Shown one piece after another: positions 9,601 through 18,279 of a stretch of DNA of 64,000 nt. A program made the translations under genes and the position numbers. The stretch covers positions 960,001 to 1,024,000 of the forward strand of contig CM000434.1 in assembly GCA_000165345.1 (NCBI GenBank), read 5' to 3'. Position 1 is the stretch's first letter. Each line of letters begins with the position of its first letter. The notes below the pieces were generated by a model. The model made no database searches. It had not been told where the DNA came from and was given only the letters and a program-made list of their open reading frames with translations.

Positions 9601-11609
9601 CTTGCATCAATACACTTGTTCTGAAGCTCATGAGCTATATAAGAGTCTGTACAACTGCTTACATTCTCTGTTAAGTATACTTGGGTATCTGCATCTAATA
9701 AAGTTATCAATTCTAATACATATCTTGTATCAGGATGATCAAATCCTAAGTTCTCTCTTCTATATTTATAAACCTCATTATAAAGCTCTAAAGCATATCT
9801 AAAGTTTCCAGCCTGGTGAAAAATACATCCCAAAGCTAGTATATTGTCTTGTACTAATGGAAACTCTCTGTTATTGTAGATCCTCATTAACATATCTAAA
9901 GCTACCATTATATGTTGTACTCCTTGTCTACAATCTCCAAGTAATCGATAAACTAATCCCAAATTTGAATAGCAATCAGCTACACGAGGATGAGGTGGAT
10001 TCTTATTATGATCTCCCAGAACCTGTTTTCTGATTTCCAGACAATTATGTAACATTTCCTTACATTTTTCAAAATTCTTTATTCTGAAATAGTAACTTGC
10101 TGCTGTAGAGTATGCATCACTCATAACTAAGTCTCCTGAACCATAAACTTCATTTACTAATGAAAGATATTTTTCAAGGTAAAATGCTGATGATGTATGA
10201 TCTCTATACATACTACATAGATCAGAGACTGTTAGTACCAGACTACATAATACTGAAGAATCACATGAAACTGATGGTCCTACAGCTGTAACATTTTGAG
10301 TTGAACCTCCAGATCCTGATAAATTTGAGATATTGCTAATATGAGAAGAATCATTTTTTGCATTTTTATTCTCAGAATTGCGATCTGCAACAGCTAAGAT
10401 GGTATTTTCCACAAGAAATCGAAGCTCTTTAAGATATTGTTCTCCTTTACGTAATTCTCCTGTTAAACCACAACATTTAGCAATAATGATTAATTCTACA
10501 ACCATTATACCTTCTAATGGGTGTCCAAGGTACTTGGATAGAAAAGCTCGAGATATTTCATAACAATGTAAAGCATTCAGCATGGCATCTGAGTATTGAG
10601 CTTTCAAAAACTTCTCTAAAGCTGAGCTTCTTAGTCTTTGAATGATTCTTTGAATTTCATGTATTTCTCCATCTCCACGTGATTCTTCAAGACGTTGTAA
10701 AAGAAGAAGGGAATCTGTCATAATTTCAAACTTCTCATTAACAATTTGAGGTCTGGCTTTTGTTGTTTGTCCAAATAAGAGATTATTCTTTTCAGAAGTT
10801 GTTAGTGTAAAGTGTCTACTTGCAAACTCTTCTTTAAATGTTTGACTTAAAGCTGCTAGTGAGTGTTCAGCAGCTTCTGTTAATGCTGGATCCAATACAC
10901 TTACGTGTAGATTAAACATATCATCTTCTCTTTGAGAAATTCGAGCATTTCTTCCTTCTTTTTTTTTCAAGTTACTTTTTCCAGGAGCTTTATCTTGGAA
11001 AAGTAGACGTTTAATAGGGCCAACATCAAAAGGAAGAGTTGATTCAACAAAGGTACTTCTATTACTTAATTCTGAGTAACGTCCATCTTTAGAGAGATTG
11101 TTCTTCAATAGTTTAGATTCACCATTAATAGTGGTTGCAGTAGAAGATGCTCCTGTTGAGCTGGAAGGTAGACTACTAGCTTTGGAATCTTTACTTATAC
11201 TTTTCAGAACAGTTTTTGCTGAGGCTGGCTTTGATGGTACGCTTACTGGAGGAGCGTGACCATTGGATACTGGTGTATCATTTAAAGGTTCTGATGAATT
11301 TTTAGGTATTGGGGCCTTTGGGGCTGGTTTTAATGCAGTAGGAGGTCCTTTTGAGACCTTTGGACCAGGAGGAGAGGGTGATGGAGAAGCTGACTTTGGT
11401 GGAGGTGGTGTTGATGGTTTTGGTGGAGGTGGGGATGATGGTTTTGGTGGAGGAGATTCTGAAAGGTTTGGAGAAGGAGTTGAAGATAATTTTGAAGGTG
11501 GTGGAATTTTCGTTGCTGGTTTCCCTCCAAGTGGTTTAGCAGGGGGAGGCGGTTTTTTTCCACCAGGAGGAGAAAGAGGAGCCTTGCCTGGCACACCCAA
11601 TTTTTTCAT
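6693..11609 (-). CDS. Formin (FH1-FH2) with a proline-rich N-terminus and TPR-like repeats before the FH1 region.
   Basis: FH1 region of (GKGPPGG)n and (AKGAPP)n repeats, followed by an FH2 signature ('KKLHWDKV...IWD', 'GIPMFGARLNAQLF', 'LNLNTEKGEAKGFRMSSL'). N-terminal TPR-like units include 'YSNLGLVYRLLGD'. The N-terminus has a 'PPPPKPSTPPPPK' stretch. Starts at a true ATG at 11607-11609. Confidence 0.8.
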   Translation of the reverse strand: MKKLGVPGKAPLSPPGGKKPPPPAKPLGGKPATKIPPPSKLSSTPSPNLSESPPPKPSSPPPPKPSTPPPPKSASPSPSPPGPKVSKGPPTALKPAPKAPIPKNSSEPLNDTPVSNGHAPPVSVPSKPASAKTVLKSISKDSKASSLPSSSTGASSTATTINGESKLLKNNLSKDGRYSELSNRSTFVESTLPFDVGPIKRLLFQDKAPGKSNLKKKEGRNARISQREDDMFNLHVSVLDPALTEAAEHSLAALSQTFKEEFASRHFTLTTSEKNNLLFGQTTKARPQIVNEKFEIMTDSLLLLQRLEESRGDGEIHEIQRIIQRLRSSALEKFLKAQYSDAMLNALHCYEISRAFLSKYLGHPLEGIMVVELIIIAKCCGLTGELRKGEQYLKELRFLVENTILAVADRNSENKNAKNDSSHISNISNLSGSGGSTQNVTAVGPSVSCDSSVLCSLVLTVSDLCSMYRDHTSSAFYLEKYLSLVNEVYGSGDLVMSDAYSTAASYYFRIKNFEKCKEMLHNCLEIRKQVLGDHNKNPPHPRVADCYSNLGLVYRLLGDCRQGVQHIMVALDMLMRIYNNREFPLVQDNILALGCIFHQAGNFRYALELYNEVYKYRRENLGFDHPDTRYVLELITLLDADTQVYLTENVSSCTDSYIAHELQNKCIDARESLESRAERSLKEIITDTLGKSSKLTRIMYEESPLLASPICPSIDQLRYRQLETFLFDPKNLRGLNRSTPFSNNQTQQLLCTSRIRALHGESFQSMTVSSTAILPHLKVRITGPDYLGVSTMLSLPPFSKTERKKLPIINIPKLTRGFPVMGEQSVTMMINEEAQTVLEKWEIPEPCITPEGKLLTQIEKDESTGLPFYLPLVDYAGKEEMKAYFKESIWIPNALIPLVRQRNKDKEEAKQVKVTQTQIVGIDQQLPPDDILAKIKGAKPDVEESGNERLACISFLDDGGNVVTKLPYVIDLEPFVCASTRIALTASAKWGLPSPDSQGVIELLKGSGVGALISSMIQYKPSDGGVYTGIVGAGVKSGKALSGLLDGIGKMDNIINKSPPPQAKEGAPTEPKAEPAEAKGAPPAKGAPPAKGTPPAKGKGPPGKGKGPPGGKGPPGGKGPPGGKGPPTGKGPPKGKAGKFGGKTGSKPSGPESKTKKLHWDKVENIQGTIWDIKEPIKLDFGNLEEVFGIESAKPKKATEATKKPKVMQILPDSKRAYNISIALSKFSAYTFQQLRDAILDLDKKILDTEATEALILMTPTPEEFAIVKEYIDAGGDLTQLDKPEQFIAAMIGIPMFGARLNAQLFILSFDNSFNELMTPLQEIITVCNEIKTNSKLKKVFSIILSVGNVLNLNTEKGEAKGFRMSSLSKLCEVRSSTKPIKTLLQYITEIIWRDKPELLSLAEPLALVEKAAKCDLGAIEGEIQSLNGSLNKVTDTMKSAQKSNERAGPMGEKDPIAKILADFVSDTEPRIEDLVATMKSVKENLEKMALYLGEPQNTIQRIVWPDYFRVLWNFISSVDLVRKTKLDEERRLKQKQENLAKREKSASTVKLKLSEKKSVSQPKRGTTESRPTLQKQKLTVNMAPKANAVKTSKLDEMASWFANEGEVQTPAFLQEVSNQADDTNVALTDLDIDVDLW
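8190..8400 (-). repeat. Coding tandem repeats (15-21 nt units, GGCGCGCCCTTTGCC-like) that encode the formin FH1 poly-proline tract.
   Basis: Several direct repeats of 'ggtggcgcgccctttgcc' and 'ggtcctttcc' units are visible in the sequence. On the minus strand they translate to GKGPPGG/AKGAPP. Confidence 0.7.
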
Positions 11610-12286
11610 AGTTGAATAATTTTTTTCTGTTTAAATATTAGTTAATTTAGACCTATTTGAGTATAACTCTTTAATTCTTTTCATTTATTGATTCTTTTTT
11701 TTTTTGACTCAGAGTTTTCCCAATCTAGAAAAGGGTCTAGATTGACATTTTCTTTCAATATTGAAGAAAAAAGCGTTATTCTTTGTAATTTGTTAGTTTT
11801 TTAATTTAGGGAATCTTAAAAATATCCACAAGAAATTTAAAAATAAAGAAAAAAAGAAAATGCACCCCTATCTCTGTGGTTTTTATAATTTTAAAATTTG
11901 TTGGGTATTTCCAGAAAATTTTCACCAGAGTTAGGGGTACTAATATATCTACATGCACACAAAGATATTATTGGTGTATTTTGGGAAAAAAAACAACAAA
12001 TATTTTTTTTGACAAGTTTTAGTGTTTGTTTTACTTTGAATTTTTACTATTGTATGTTCTTATTATCTTCTTTGTTAATTTCTATATCTTATAATTTTTT
12101 TTTTTGTAATTCAAAAACACATTTTAATTTATTTACAAATATGACGTGTGTGCATGGTAAGAAATTTATTGGGAATATTAATTTTTAAATTAATATGTTA
12201 AATGGAAAATATATTTAAAGAGAAATGAGAATAAAAGTAAAAAATTAATACATTTTTTTTTTAGATAAAAATATGAAATAGGATAA

Positions 12287-13312
12287 TTATCTAACAAGTT
12301 CCTTTAAAAAATGTTCGTAGTTAAATCCTCCATCATTAGATGGGAAATCCCTAATTAAAAAAAATAGTAAAAATGTTAAAAGCAGGTTGGGGGAGGCTGT
12401 TTGCATGCATTTACTTGCATGGCAAATTATCACTATACCGGCGTACATGCAAGATGTACAAATAGGCGGCATATGGCACGTATTGAAATATATGAACTTA
12501 CTTTAAAAGTATTTCAATTTCTTTATTGGTTAAAACTTCTCCTGTATTAGTTAATAGAGAAGTCAGCTGCTGGCTAGTGATTGATCCAGAGTTCTGTAAT
12601 ATTGGAAGAAATTGATGAATTAGAAATAATATTATAAATAGAAAATGGAGAAGTGGCACAAAGTATATTGAACTTACATTTGAGTCATACGATCTGAAAA
12701 ATTGAACTAGATTTTCAAAAGTGTCTTCTGGATGTACAATAGAATCACAAAATTTTACAAAAGCTTGTAAATCACATGTTTGACCAACACTTGCGACAAA
12801 TCTCTGGACTTCGCTTTCAGATGGCGCTAATCCCTAAAATTAGGAATAAAAGTGATGTTTAATTAATAATAAAAATGGAGTGGAAAACTGACCATTCTTC
12901 TAACAATTTCTCCAATTTTATTGGTTTGAATGGTTGGACCTCCTCCCTATAGTTTAAAAGAGAATAATGGTATTAAAAGATGATATTAAAGATTGCTTGG
13001 GATTAGGAGTTGGGGTTAATATGGCGGAGTAATGCATTTATTTCTCCATTTTACATATCCCAAGGATGACTTGGTAAAAGCTTAACTTACAGCAGCATCT
13101 CTGAATGAAAATTCAATTCTCTCTTTGGACTATAAATATGAAAAAAGAATTAATTTATTTGCAAAAAAAAAAAAAATTAAGTAATGATAATTAATAGTTA
13201 GTCATTTCTATGAGATTCAAGTTTCTTCCCTAGTTTCTCAAAATTCACTAAAGGAAGAAAAAATGGATGGAGCGTAACAATCAAAAGAACTTACAATCTT
13301 GAAAGGTGGCAT
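12287..13312 (-). CDS. Six-exon EF-hand (calmodulin / myosin-light-chain-like) gene of 140 aa. Exons in plus coordinates, 5' to 3' of the gene: 13312..13295, 13129..13091, 12946..12893, 12833..12678, 12593..12502, 12350..12287 (stop TAA at 12289..12287).
   Basis: Conceptual splicing gives 'MPPFKI|SKERIEFSFRDAA|GGGPTIQTNKIGEIVRRM|GLAPSESEVQRFVASVGQTCDLQAFVKFCDSIVHPEDTFENLVQFFRSYDSN|NSGSITSQQLTSLLTNTGEVLTNKEIEILL-K|DFPSNDGGFNYEHFLKELVR*'. This aligns along its length with calmodulin EF-hand pairs (for example FSFRD..GGGPTI..IGEIVRRMG versus [25 protein letters not shown]). Every exon is bounded by GTAAGT-type (or GTCAGT) donors and YAG acceptors, the phases are compatible, and stops flank each exon in frame. 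The track's ORF at 12287..12472 is the last exon plus readthrough of the intron. Confidence 0.7.
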
Positions 13313-13479
13313 CTAAATAACTGTATATAATTATTTTGCTTGCGATCTTCACACAAAATTGATAATCTATAAATTGTCTTTTTTTTTTAACTAAAATAAT
13401 TTGCTCTTGAATTTTTTCCCTCTTTATTTTTCATGCGCTTTTTTCTCTGTATAATAAAATCTTTATTTTATTTATTTCA

Positions 13480-13560
13480 AATATGCCGCCTTTTATTTCA
13501 CGACCAAATGGCAAAGCAGATAAAGGCGGGACTTTAGGGCGGGCAAATGTGCATGTTGAA
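13480..13560. promoter_or_regulatory. Bidirectional promoter core between the two head-to-head EF-hand genes, containing E2F-like GGCGGG motifs.
   Basis: 'atatgccgcc', 'aaaggcgggac' and 'agggcgggcaaatgtgcatg' lie between divergent ATGs at 13312 (minus) and 13878 (plus). Confidence 0.5.
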
Positions 13561-13877
13561 TCTTGTAATGTAAATTTTTCGATACCTTCGAAGTTAAAGA
13601 TTTAATAAAAATAAAAAAATTGTGAGGAATTTCAAAAAAAGAAAATTAAGCAAGAGTTAGAATTTAAATTGTTAAGATAAGAAGAATTTGTGACTGTAAT
13701 TGTTAAATATTGAGATACTGAACCTTTTATTTCTGAGAATTATTAAAGTGTAAGTGTGAGTTAATTTAGGGGACATTGATCAAAGAAAAAAAAGTATTGG
13801 CAAAACTGTTGTAATTGGGTTATTTAAATTTATTCATTTTTTTCTAAAAAAGGAGATTTAAAGTAAGAAAAGTAGAA

Positions 13878-14966
13878 ATGATTTCATTATTAAATGGAAC
13901 AGGATGTGTTTCTTGTACTTCTGGGTGCAAGGTTGTAATTGATGACTACAAAACTACAGGAAGAATAGAATATGGTGTATTTGTAGGATATTATTCTGAA
14001 AGTGAAGAAAGTGATTATGATGAATCAGATGTTGTTACTTTAGATAAGAAGCCTTCAAATATCCAAGATTCATCAAGTGCTGAAGCAGTCTCTATTGAAG
14101 ATGAATTAGAAGAAGGTGAAGCTGATATTATTAGAGAAATGTTTGATAATGCTTCATCTGGAGGAGAATGTTCATTAGATCAGACATGCCATTTAGCACA
14201 TAGAATGGGTCTAGCACCTTCTAAATCAGATCTTGAACAACTTAACGAAGAAACTGGTGGAAAAGTAACTTATGAAGATTTTGAAAGGTGGATTATGTCA
14301 ATTACACATCCAGAAGACCATATTGATTATATGGTTTCATACTTCAGAAAGTACGATTTGAGAGGAAATGGCAAGATTTCAAGACAGCAATTCATTTGGT
14401 TAACAAGTATTGGCGGTGATATTCTTACCAGAGAAGAAGCTGAAGCTATTCTTGATAAGTTGTCCATTGGAGGAGATGTGTACTATGAAGATTTACTCAG
14501 AAAAATTATGGATGTCGAAGCTTCTGATAAGCCTATGGTAAATATTGGAAACAAGAAATCAACGCCTACAAAAATGCCAACAACTAAAGTACTTGTGACA
14601 CAAGTTTCGACTACCATAAGAGATTTAGCTGATAATGAAGCATTCCTTCCTACTATTGATCTTCTTATGGCTTTAAAAGCAACCTATGGAAATGAATTAA
14701 CTGAAGCAGCTGCAAAAGAAGCCACAGATTGTTGTGAAAATCAGGATGAAGCTGCTAAATGTTTACAAGAATTCTACTCAGAGTGGGCACAAAATAAAGG
14801 TATGGTTTCTAGAAAAATTGTTAGAAGTCTACTTATGGTCTGGAAGGCTAAGTTAGACCAGGTTAGTGCTGAGGCTTGGATTACAAGCTTATGTGGAACC
14901 GATGAAAATATTGATATTCAAAGTGTTTTGAACAAGGTAGAATGCAAAACTAACGAGATAAACTAA
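13878..14966 (+). CDS. Intronless 362-aa EF-hand protein, a paralog of the six-exon gene above. The EF-hand core sits between an acidic N-terminal extension and a C-terminal extension.
   Basis: The core 'LAHRMGLAPSKSDLEQL...HPEDHIDYMVSYFRKYDLRGNGKISRQQFIWLTSIGGDILTREEAEAILDKLSIGGDVYYEDLLRKIM' is collinear with 'VRRMGLAPSESEVQRF...HPEDTFENLVQFFRSYDSNNSGSITSQQLTSLLTNTGEVLTNKEIEILLKDFPSNDGGFNYEHFLKELV' from the neighbouring gene. Confidence 0.7.
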   Translation: MISLLNGTGCVSCTSGCKVVIDDYKTTGRIEYGVFVGYYSESEESDYDESDVVTLDKKPSNIQDSSSAEAVSIEDELEEGEADIIREMFDNASSGGECSLDQTCHLAHRMGLAPSKSDLEQLNEETGGKVTYEDFERWIMSITHPEDHIDYMVSYFRKYDLRGNGKISRQQFIWLTSIGGDILTREEAEAILDKLSIGGDVYYEDLLRKIMDVEASDKPMVNIGNKKSTPTKMPTTKVLVTQVSTTIRDLADNEAFLPTIDLLMALKATYGNELTEAAAKEATDCCENQDEAAKCLQEFYSEWAQNKGMVSRKIVRSLLMVWKAKLDQVSAEAWITSLCGTDENIDIQSVLNKVECKTNEIN

Positions 14967-15264
14967 CTTGGAATATTTTAGCATTTTTTTCTTCATAAAT
15001 CTAAAACCTACTTATCCCTTTTTCAAAATCAATATAATCCAATTTTCCATTTTCCCCTTTTCTTACTTATAATTAAATTCTGCATGCATGCAATTAATAT
15101 TTTTTTTTAAAATTTGTGCAAATATTAACATATACCGGAGATTAGGCGCCAACTTATTTAATTTTTCTAATTAAATTTCTTGAATATTCAAAGAATATTG
15201 GGGTTTGAAAGTAAAAAATTAAGTTATCTAAGAACAAATAGTAATTATTTGTTCTAGATATAAA

Positions 15265-18200
15265 ATGAATGGAGGATTTAGGGGGAGAAACCATAATGTA
15301 ACAGAAGATCATTTGAATTACAATATACCAAATAACTCTATACAACCACAATATGTGAATGGCACGTCAACCCATGCTCTTGGAATCCAAGAAGCAACTA
15401 ATCTTACAAATTTAAGGGGAAATTTTATGGGGAATGATGGTTCTGACTATATTCCAGTTCAATTAAGAGCTGCTAATACTAATTTAAATACCAATCATTC
15501 CATTAGTCAGAATGTAAACCAGACAACCTATGGACAAAATCTCTATGATATTAATAGAAACGCTCCTGGACAAATGGGAACAAAGAGCTTTGGAGGATCA
15601 AGAATGGGAGTTGCTCAATCTAAGGGGATGGCTCACACTCAGCAAATTGGTATGCAGTATGGTGATTCTATGCAAAATGGGAATCAAGGCGCCAATATTG
15701 GAGCCATGCATGACTCTAATATTGCTTCTTATGGTGTTGCAGAAATGAGTTATAGGAGTGGAAATAGCAGTAGTAGTATTGGTAGTCAGGGTGTACATAA
15801 TAACATTGATTCCTCTGCTAATACTCAAAATGTCGATATCCACGATATTTCTATCCAGAATTCCTATATGAGTTCACAATCACAACCTAGAACAGTATCA
15901 AAATCGAGATCCATATCACATACTAGAACACAATCTCAGCCTGTAGCTATGGTTCATCAGCACCAATATCAACAACAACAGCAGCAACAGGTTCAACACC
16001 TTAATCATCAACAATACTTTCACTCTCAACAACAGCAGCAGCAGCGTATGCAGACCTTTTCTCAGTCTCAGACTCAGAACCAGACCCAAACTAAGACTCA
16101 GGCCCAAATCCATTCTCAGTCTCATTCCCAATCCCATGTTAAAGCCCCAAATCAGACTCAAACTCAAACTCAGGTTCATTCTCAAACCCAAATCCTATCT
16201 CAATCCCAGCCTCAATCTCGCTCTCATCTTCAGTCTCAGAGTTTGCCAGGTCCACAGTCCCAGACTTATTTTAGCCATACTCAGCCAAATAACAACATGC
16301 AGCCTCCTTCTCACCCGAGAACTCAACCATTACCACATCCCTACTCCCAAGGAAACCCAGGACATCAAGTATCATCTCAAAACTTCTCCAGTTCAAGCAT
16401 TCATCCAAATTTAGTATCAGCTCAAGGATCTCACGCACAAAAAAACTTCCAAAGCTTTTCATCTTCTAATATTAATCAGAGACAAATTGGAGACAATTTG
16501 AAAAATCCAAACCATGGAATTAATGTTGGACCTAATTCTATTTATACAAAAATAGATGATACCGGGGTGGGAACATCAGGAGTAGGAGGCAGTCAGTATA
16601 GGTCGAAGCCTTACTCTCAACAGAGTAATAAATACACTCATCAGCAACAAATGAATCCAGTAAACTCAATATTGCATCCAAACTATTCTCAATCTTACTC
16701 ACAGGGTTCTTCATCTAATTTAGGTGGATTGACAGAGACAGATTCTAAGACAATGTCACAATATATATCAACAATTGGATACAAGACAAGTAACATAGAT
16801 TTGGGAGTTTGTAGCTTTCAAGTCAACGTTCCAAACAATATTTCAGATGAATTAAGAAATTCTATTATTAGATTGGTTCCAAAAGAACAGCTCAACTCGG
16901 TATTTTTCCTTGTTTCATCATTAATTAGCAAGAGTATCAATTTTAGAGACTTTCATGTTCGTTTAATAGCTATTTTGAGGAGTAGTCAACTTGTTGAAAT
17001 TCTTGAAAATATGCTCAGAGATTACTTCCAACTAAGTACCTCTTCTTCAAATACAAATTACACTGGAATTGCTATTCATCAAGGTATCTCAGATTTAAGA
17101 GGTCAAATTTCTCATCCAATTACTACTAATAGCCAAGTTTCTGCAGGAAGATCTGACTATTTATTGGCATCACAATCTCAATACACATCTGGAATAGGCT
17201 CTAATAGTCAAATATATGATGGTACATTATTGAACTCTATGATTTCTCATGCTCACTCAAAAAAGTCTATTAGTAGACATGGAGGACATTATAATATGCA
17301 TGCAAAAGAGGATATATTATTACAGATGTTGAAACATGCAAGATCTAAATCTGTTGCAAGCTTTATAGGTATTGATATGACTGGACCTTCTTCTTATATT
17401 TCTAAAATAATCTCAAATAAAACTATACAAAACAAATCTATGGTATTGGAAGAAGAATCAATATCTCCAGAAACTCTTAATATTTATACGGAAAAACTTA
17501 ATAATTATGGTCGATACCTCCTTTCTTGTGATAGTTCACTTAACTTAGAATTTATGAATTCAAATCAACAATCTGTTACTTCTAAATTAGGGAAAATAGT
17601 TAAGTTTGGTACTCAGCCAGATTTAGAAAAATCAGTTTTCTCAAGTCAAGCAGTAAAGACAATCCATAAGTTAGCATCTTTCTATGTTAGGGATATACTG
17701 AAGTTCATCCTTAATGAGGAAAGTATAAGTAATGATAAGCTGAATGGTAAAGATCTTGAAGAAGAAGAAGAAGAAGAAGAAGAAAAAGGAAAAAAAAGGG
17801 AAGAGATACAACATAATCAAAGGGGACAAAGTGATCGTCAAATTATTGATGATCTGATTGGAAATAGTAATAGTATACAAGTTCAAAAAATGGAGAATTC
17901 AAAAACTGTTAGCCTTATATCTAAAGACTCAAGCTCTAATAATTCATGTAATTTTGGAATGGGTAAATCTATTGGAGGAAAAGGTCTGGGAATGAAGTTA
18001 ACTTTATCTGGTAACGTTTCCTCTGTAAAACCCATAATGATTACTAGTCTATGGTCATGTATATACAAATCCTTACGTTATAATATGAATAGATATAATG
18101 CATGCGAACCTAATGCTTTCCATAATATAATAATTAAGAATCGTCCAGGACATTCTAAAGAACAATGTTCGAATTATATTCTAATTCCAGAGTCAATGTA

Positions 18201-18267
18201 TAGAAGTGTTGAATCCTGGCTTCTTTCAAATGCTTATAATCAATGGGATAAACTTAGTATATTATAA
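15265..18267 (+). CDS. 1000-aa low-complexity protein, Q/S/N-rich with (QT/QS)n and poly-Q/poly-E tracts. The C-terminal third is non-repetitive. Function unknown.
   Basis: ATG at 15265. A hexanucleotide (CAGACT/CAGTCT) coding repeat spans 16051..16250 and a GAA repeat spans 17758..17784. I recognise no domain. Confidence 0.5.
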   Translation: MNGGFRGRNHNVTEDHLNYNIPNNSIQPQYVNGTSTHALGIQEATNLTNLRGNFMGNDGSDYIPVQLRAANTNLNTNHSISQNVNQTTYGQNLYDINRNAPGQMGTKSFGGSRMGVAQSKGMAHTQQIGMQYGDSMQNGNQGANIGAMHDSNIASYGVAEMSYRSGNSSSSIGSQGVHNNIDSSANTQNVDIHDISIQNSYMSSQSQPRTVSKSRSISHTRTQSQPVAMVHQHQYQQQQQQQVQHLNHQQYFHSQQQQQQRMQTFSQSQTQNQTQTKTQAQIHSQSHSQSHVKAPNQTQTQTQVHSQTQILSQSQPQSRSHLQSQSLPGPQSQTYFSHTQPNNNMQPPSHPRTQPLPHPYSQGNPGHQVSSQNFSSSSIHPNLVSAQGSHAQKNFQSFSSSNINQRQIGDNLKNPNHGINVGPNSIYTKIDDTGVGTSGVGGSQYRSKPYSQQSNKYTHQQQMNPVNSILHPNYSQSYSQGSSSNLGGLTETDSKTMSQYISTIGYKTSNIDLGVCSFQVNVPNNISDELRNSIIRLVPKEQLNSVFFLVSSLISKSINFRDFHVRLIAILRSSQLVEILENMLRDYFQLSTSSSNTNYTGIAIHQGISDLRGQISHPITTNSQVSAGRSDYLLASQSQYTSGIGSNSQIYDGTLLNSMISHAHSKKSISRHGGHYNMHAKEDILLQMLKHARSKSVASFIGIDMTGPSSYISKIISNKTIQNKSMVLEEESISPETLNIYTEKLNNYGRYLLSCDSSLNLEFMNSNQQSVTSKLGKIVKFGTQPDLEKSVFSSQAVKTIHKLASFYVRDILKFILNEESISNDKLNGKDLEEEEEEEEEKGKKREEIQHNQRGQSDRQIIDDLIGNSNSIQVQKMENSKTVSLISKDSSSNNSCNFGMGKSIGGKGLGMKLTLSGNVSSVKPIMITSLWSCIYKSLRYNMNRYNACEPNAFHNIIIKNRPGHSKEQCSNYILIPESMYRSVESWLLSNAYNQWDKLSIL
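16051..16250 (+). repeat. Coding hexanucleotide microsatellite (CAG-WCT)n that encodes the QTQTQ/QSQSH tract.
   Basis: Repeating 'cagactcag', 'cagtctcag' and 'caaactcaa' units are visible in the sequence. Confidence 0.7.
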
Positions 18268-18279
18268 GTAATTATTGTA

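Noticed and set aside
12287-12472. The 61-aa minus-strand ORF from the track taken as a stand-alone gene.
   Set aside because: Only its last 21 codons (DFPSNDGGFNYEHFLKELVR*) look like protein, being EF-hand 4. The rest is in-frame readthrough of an intron that contains promoter-type words. It is better explained as exon 6 of the six-exon EF-hand gene.
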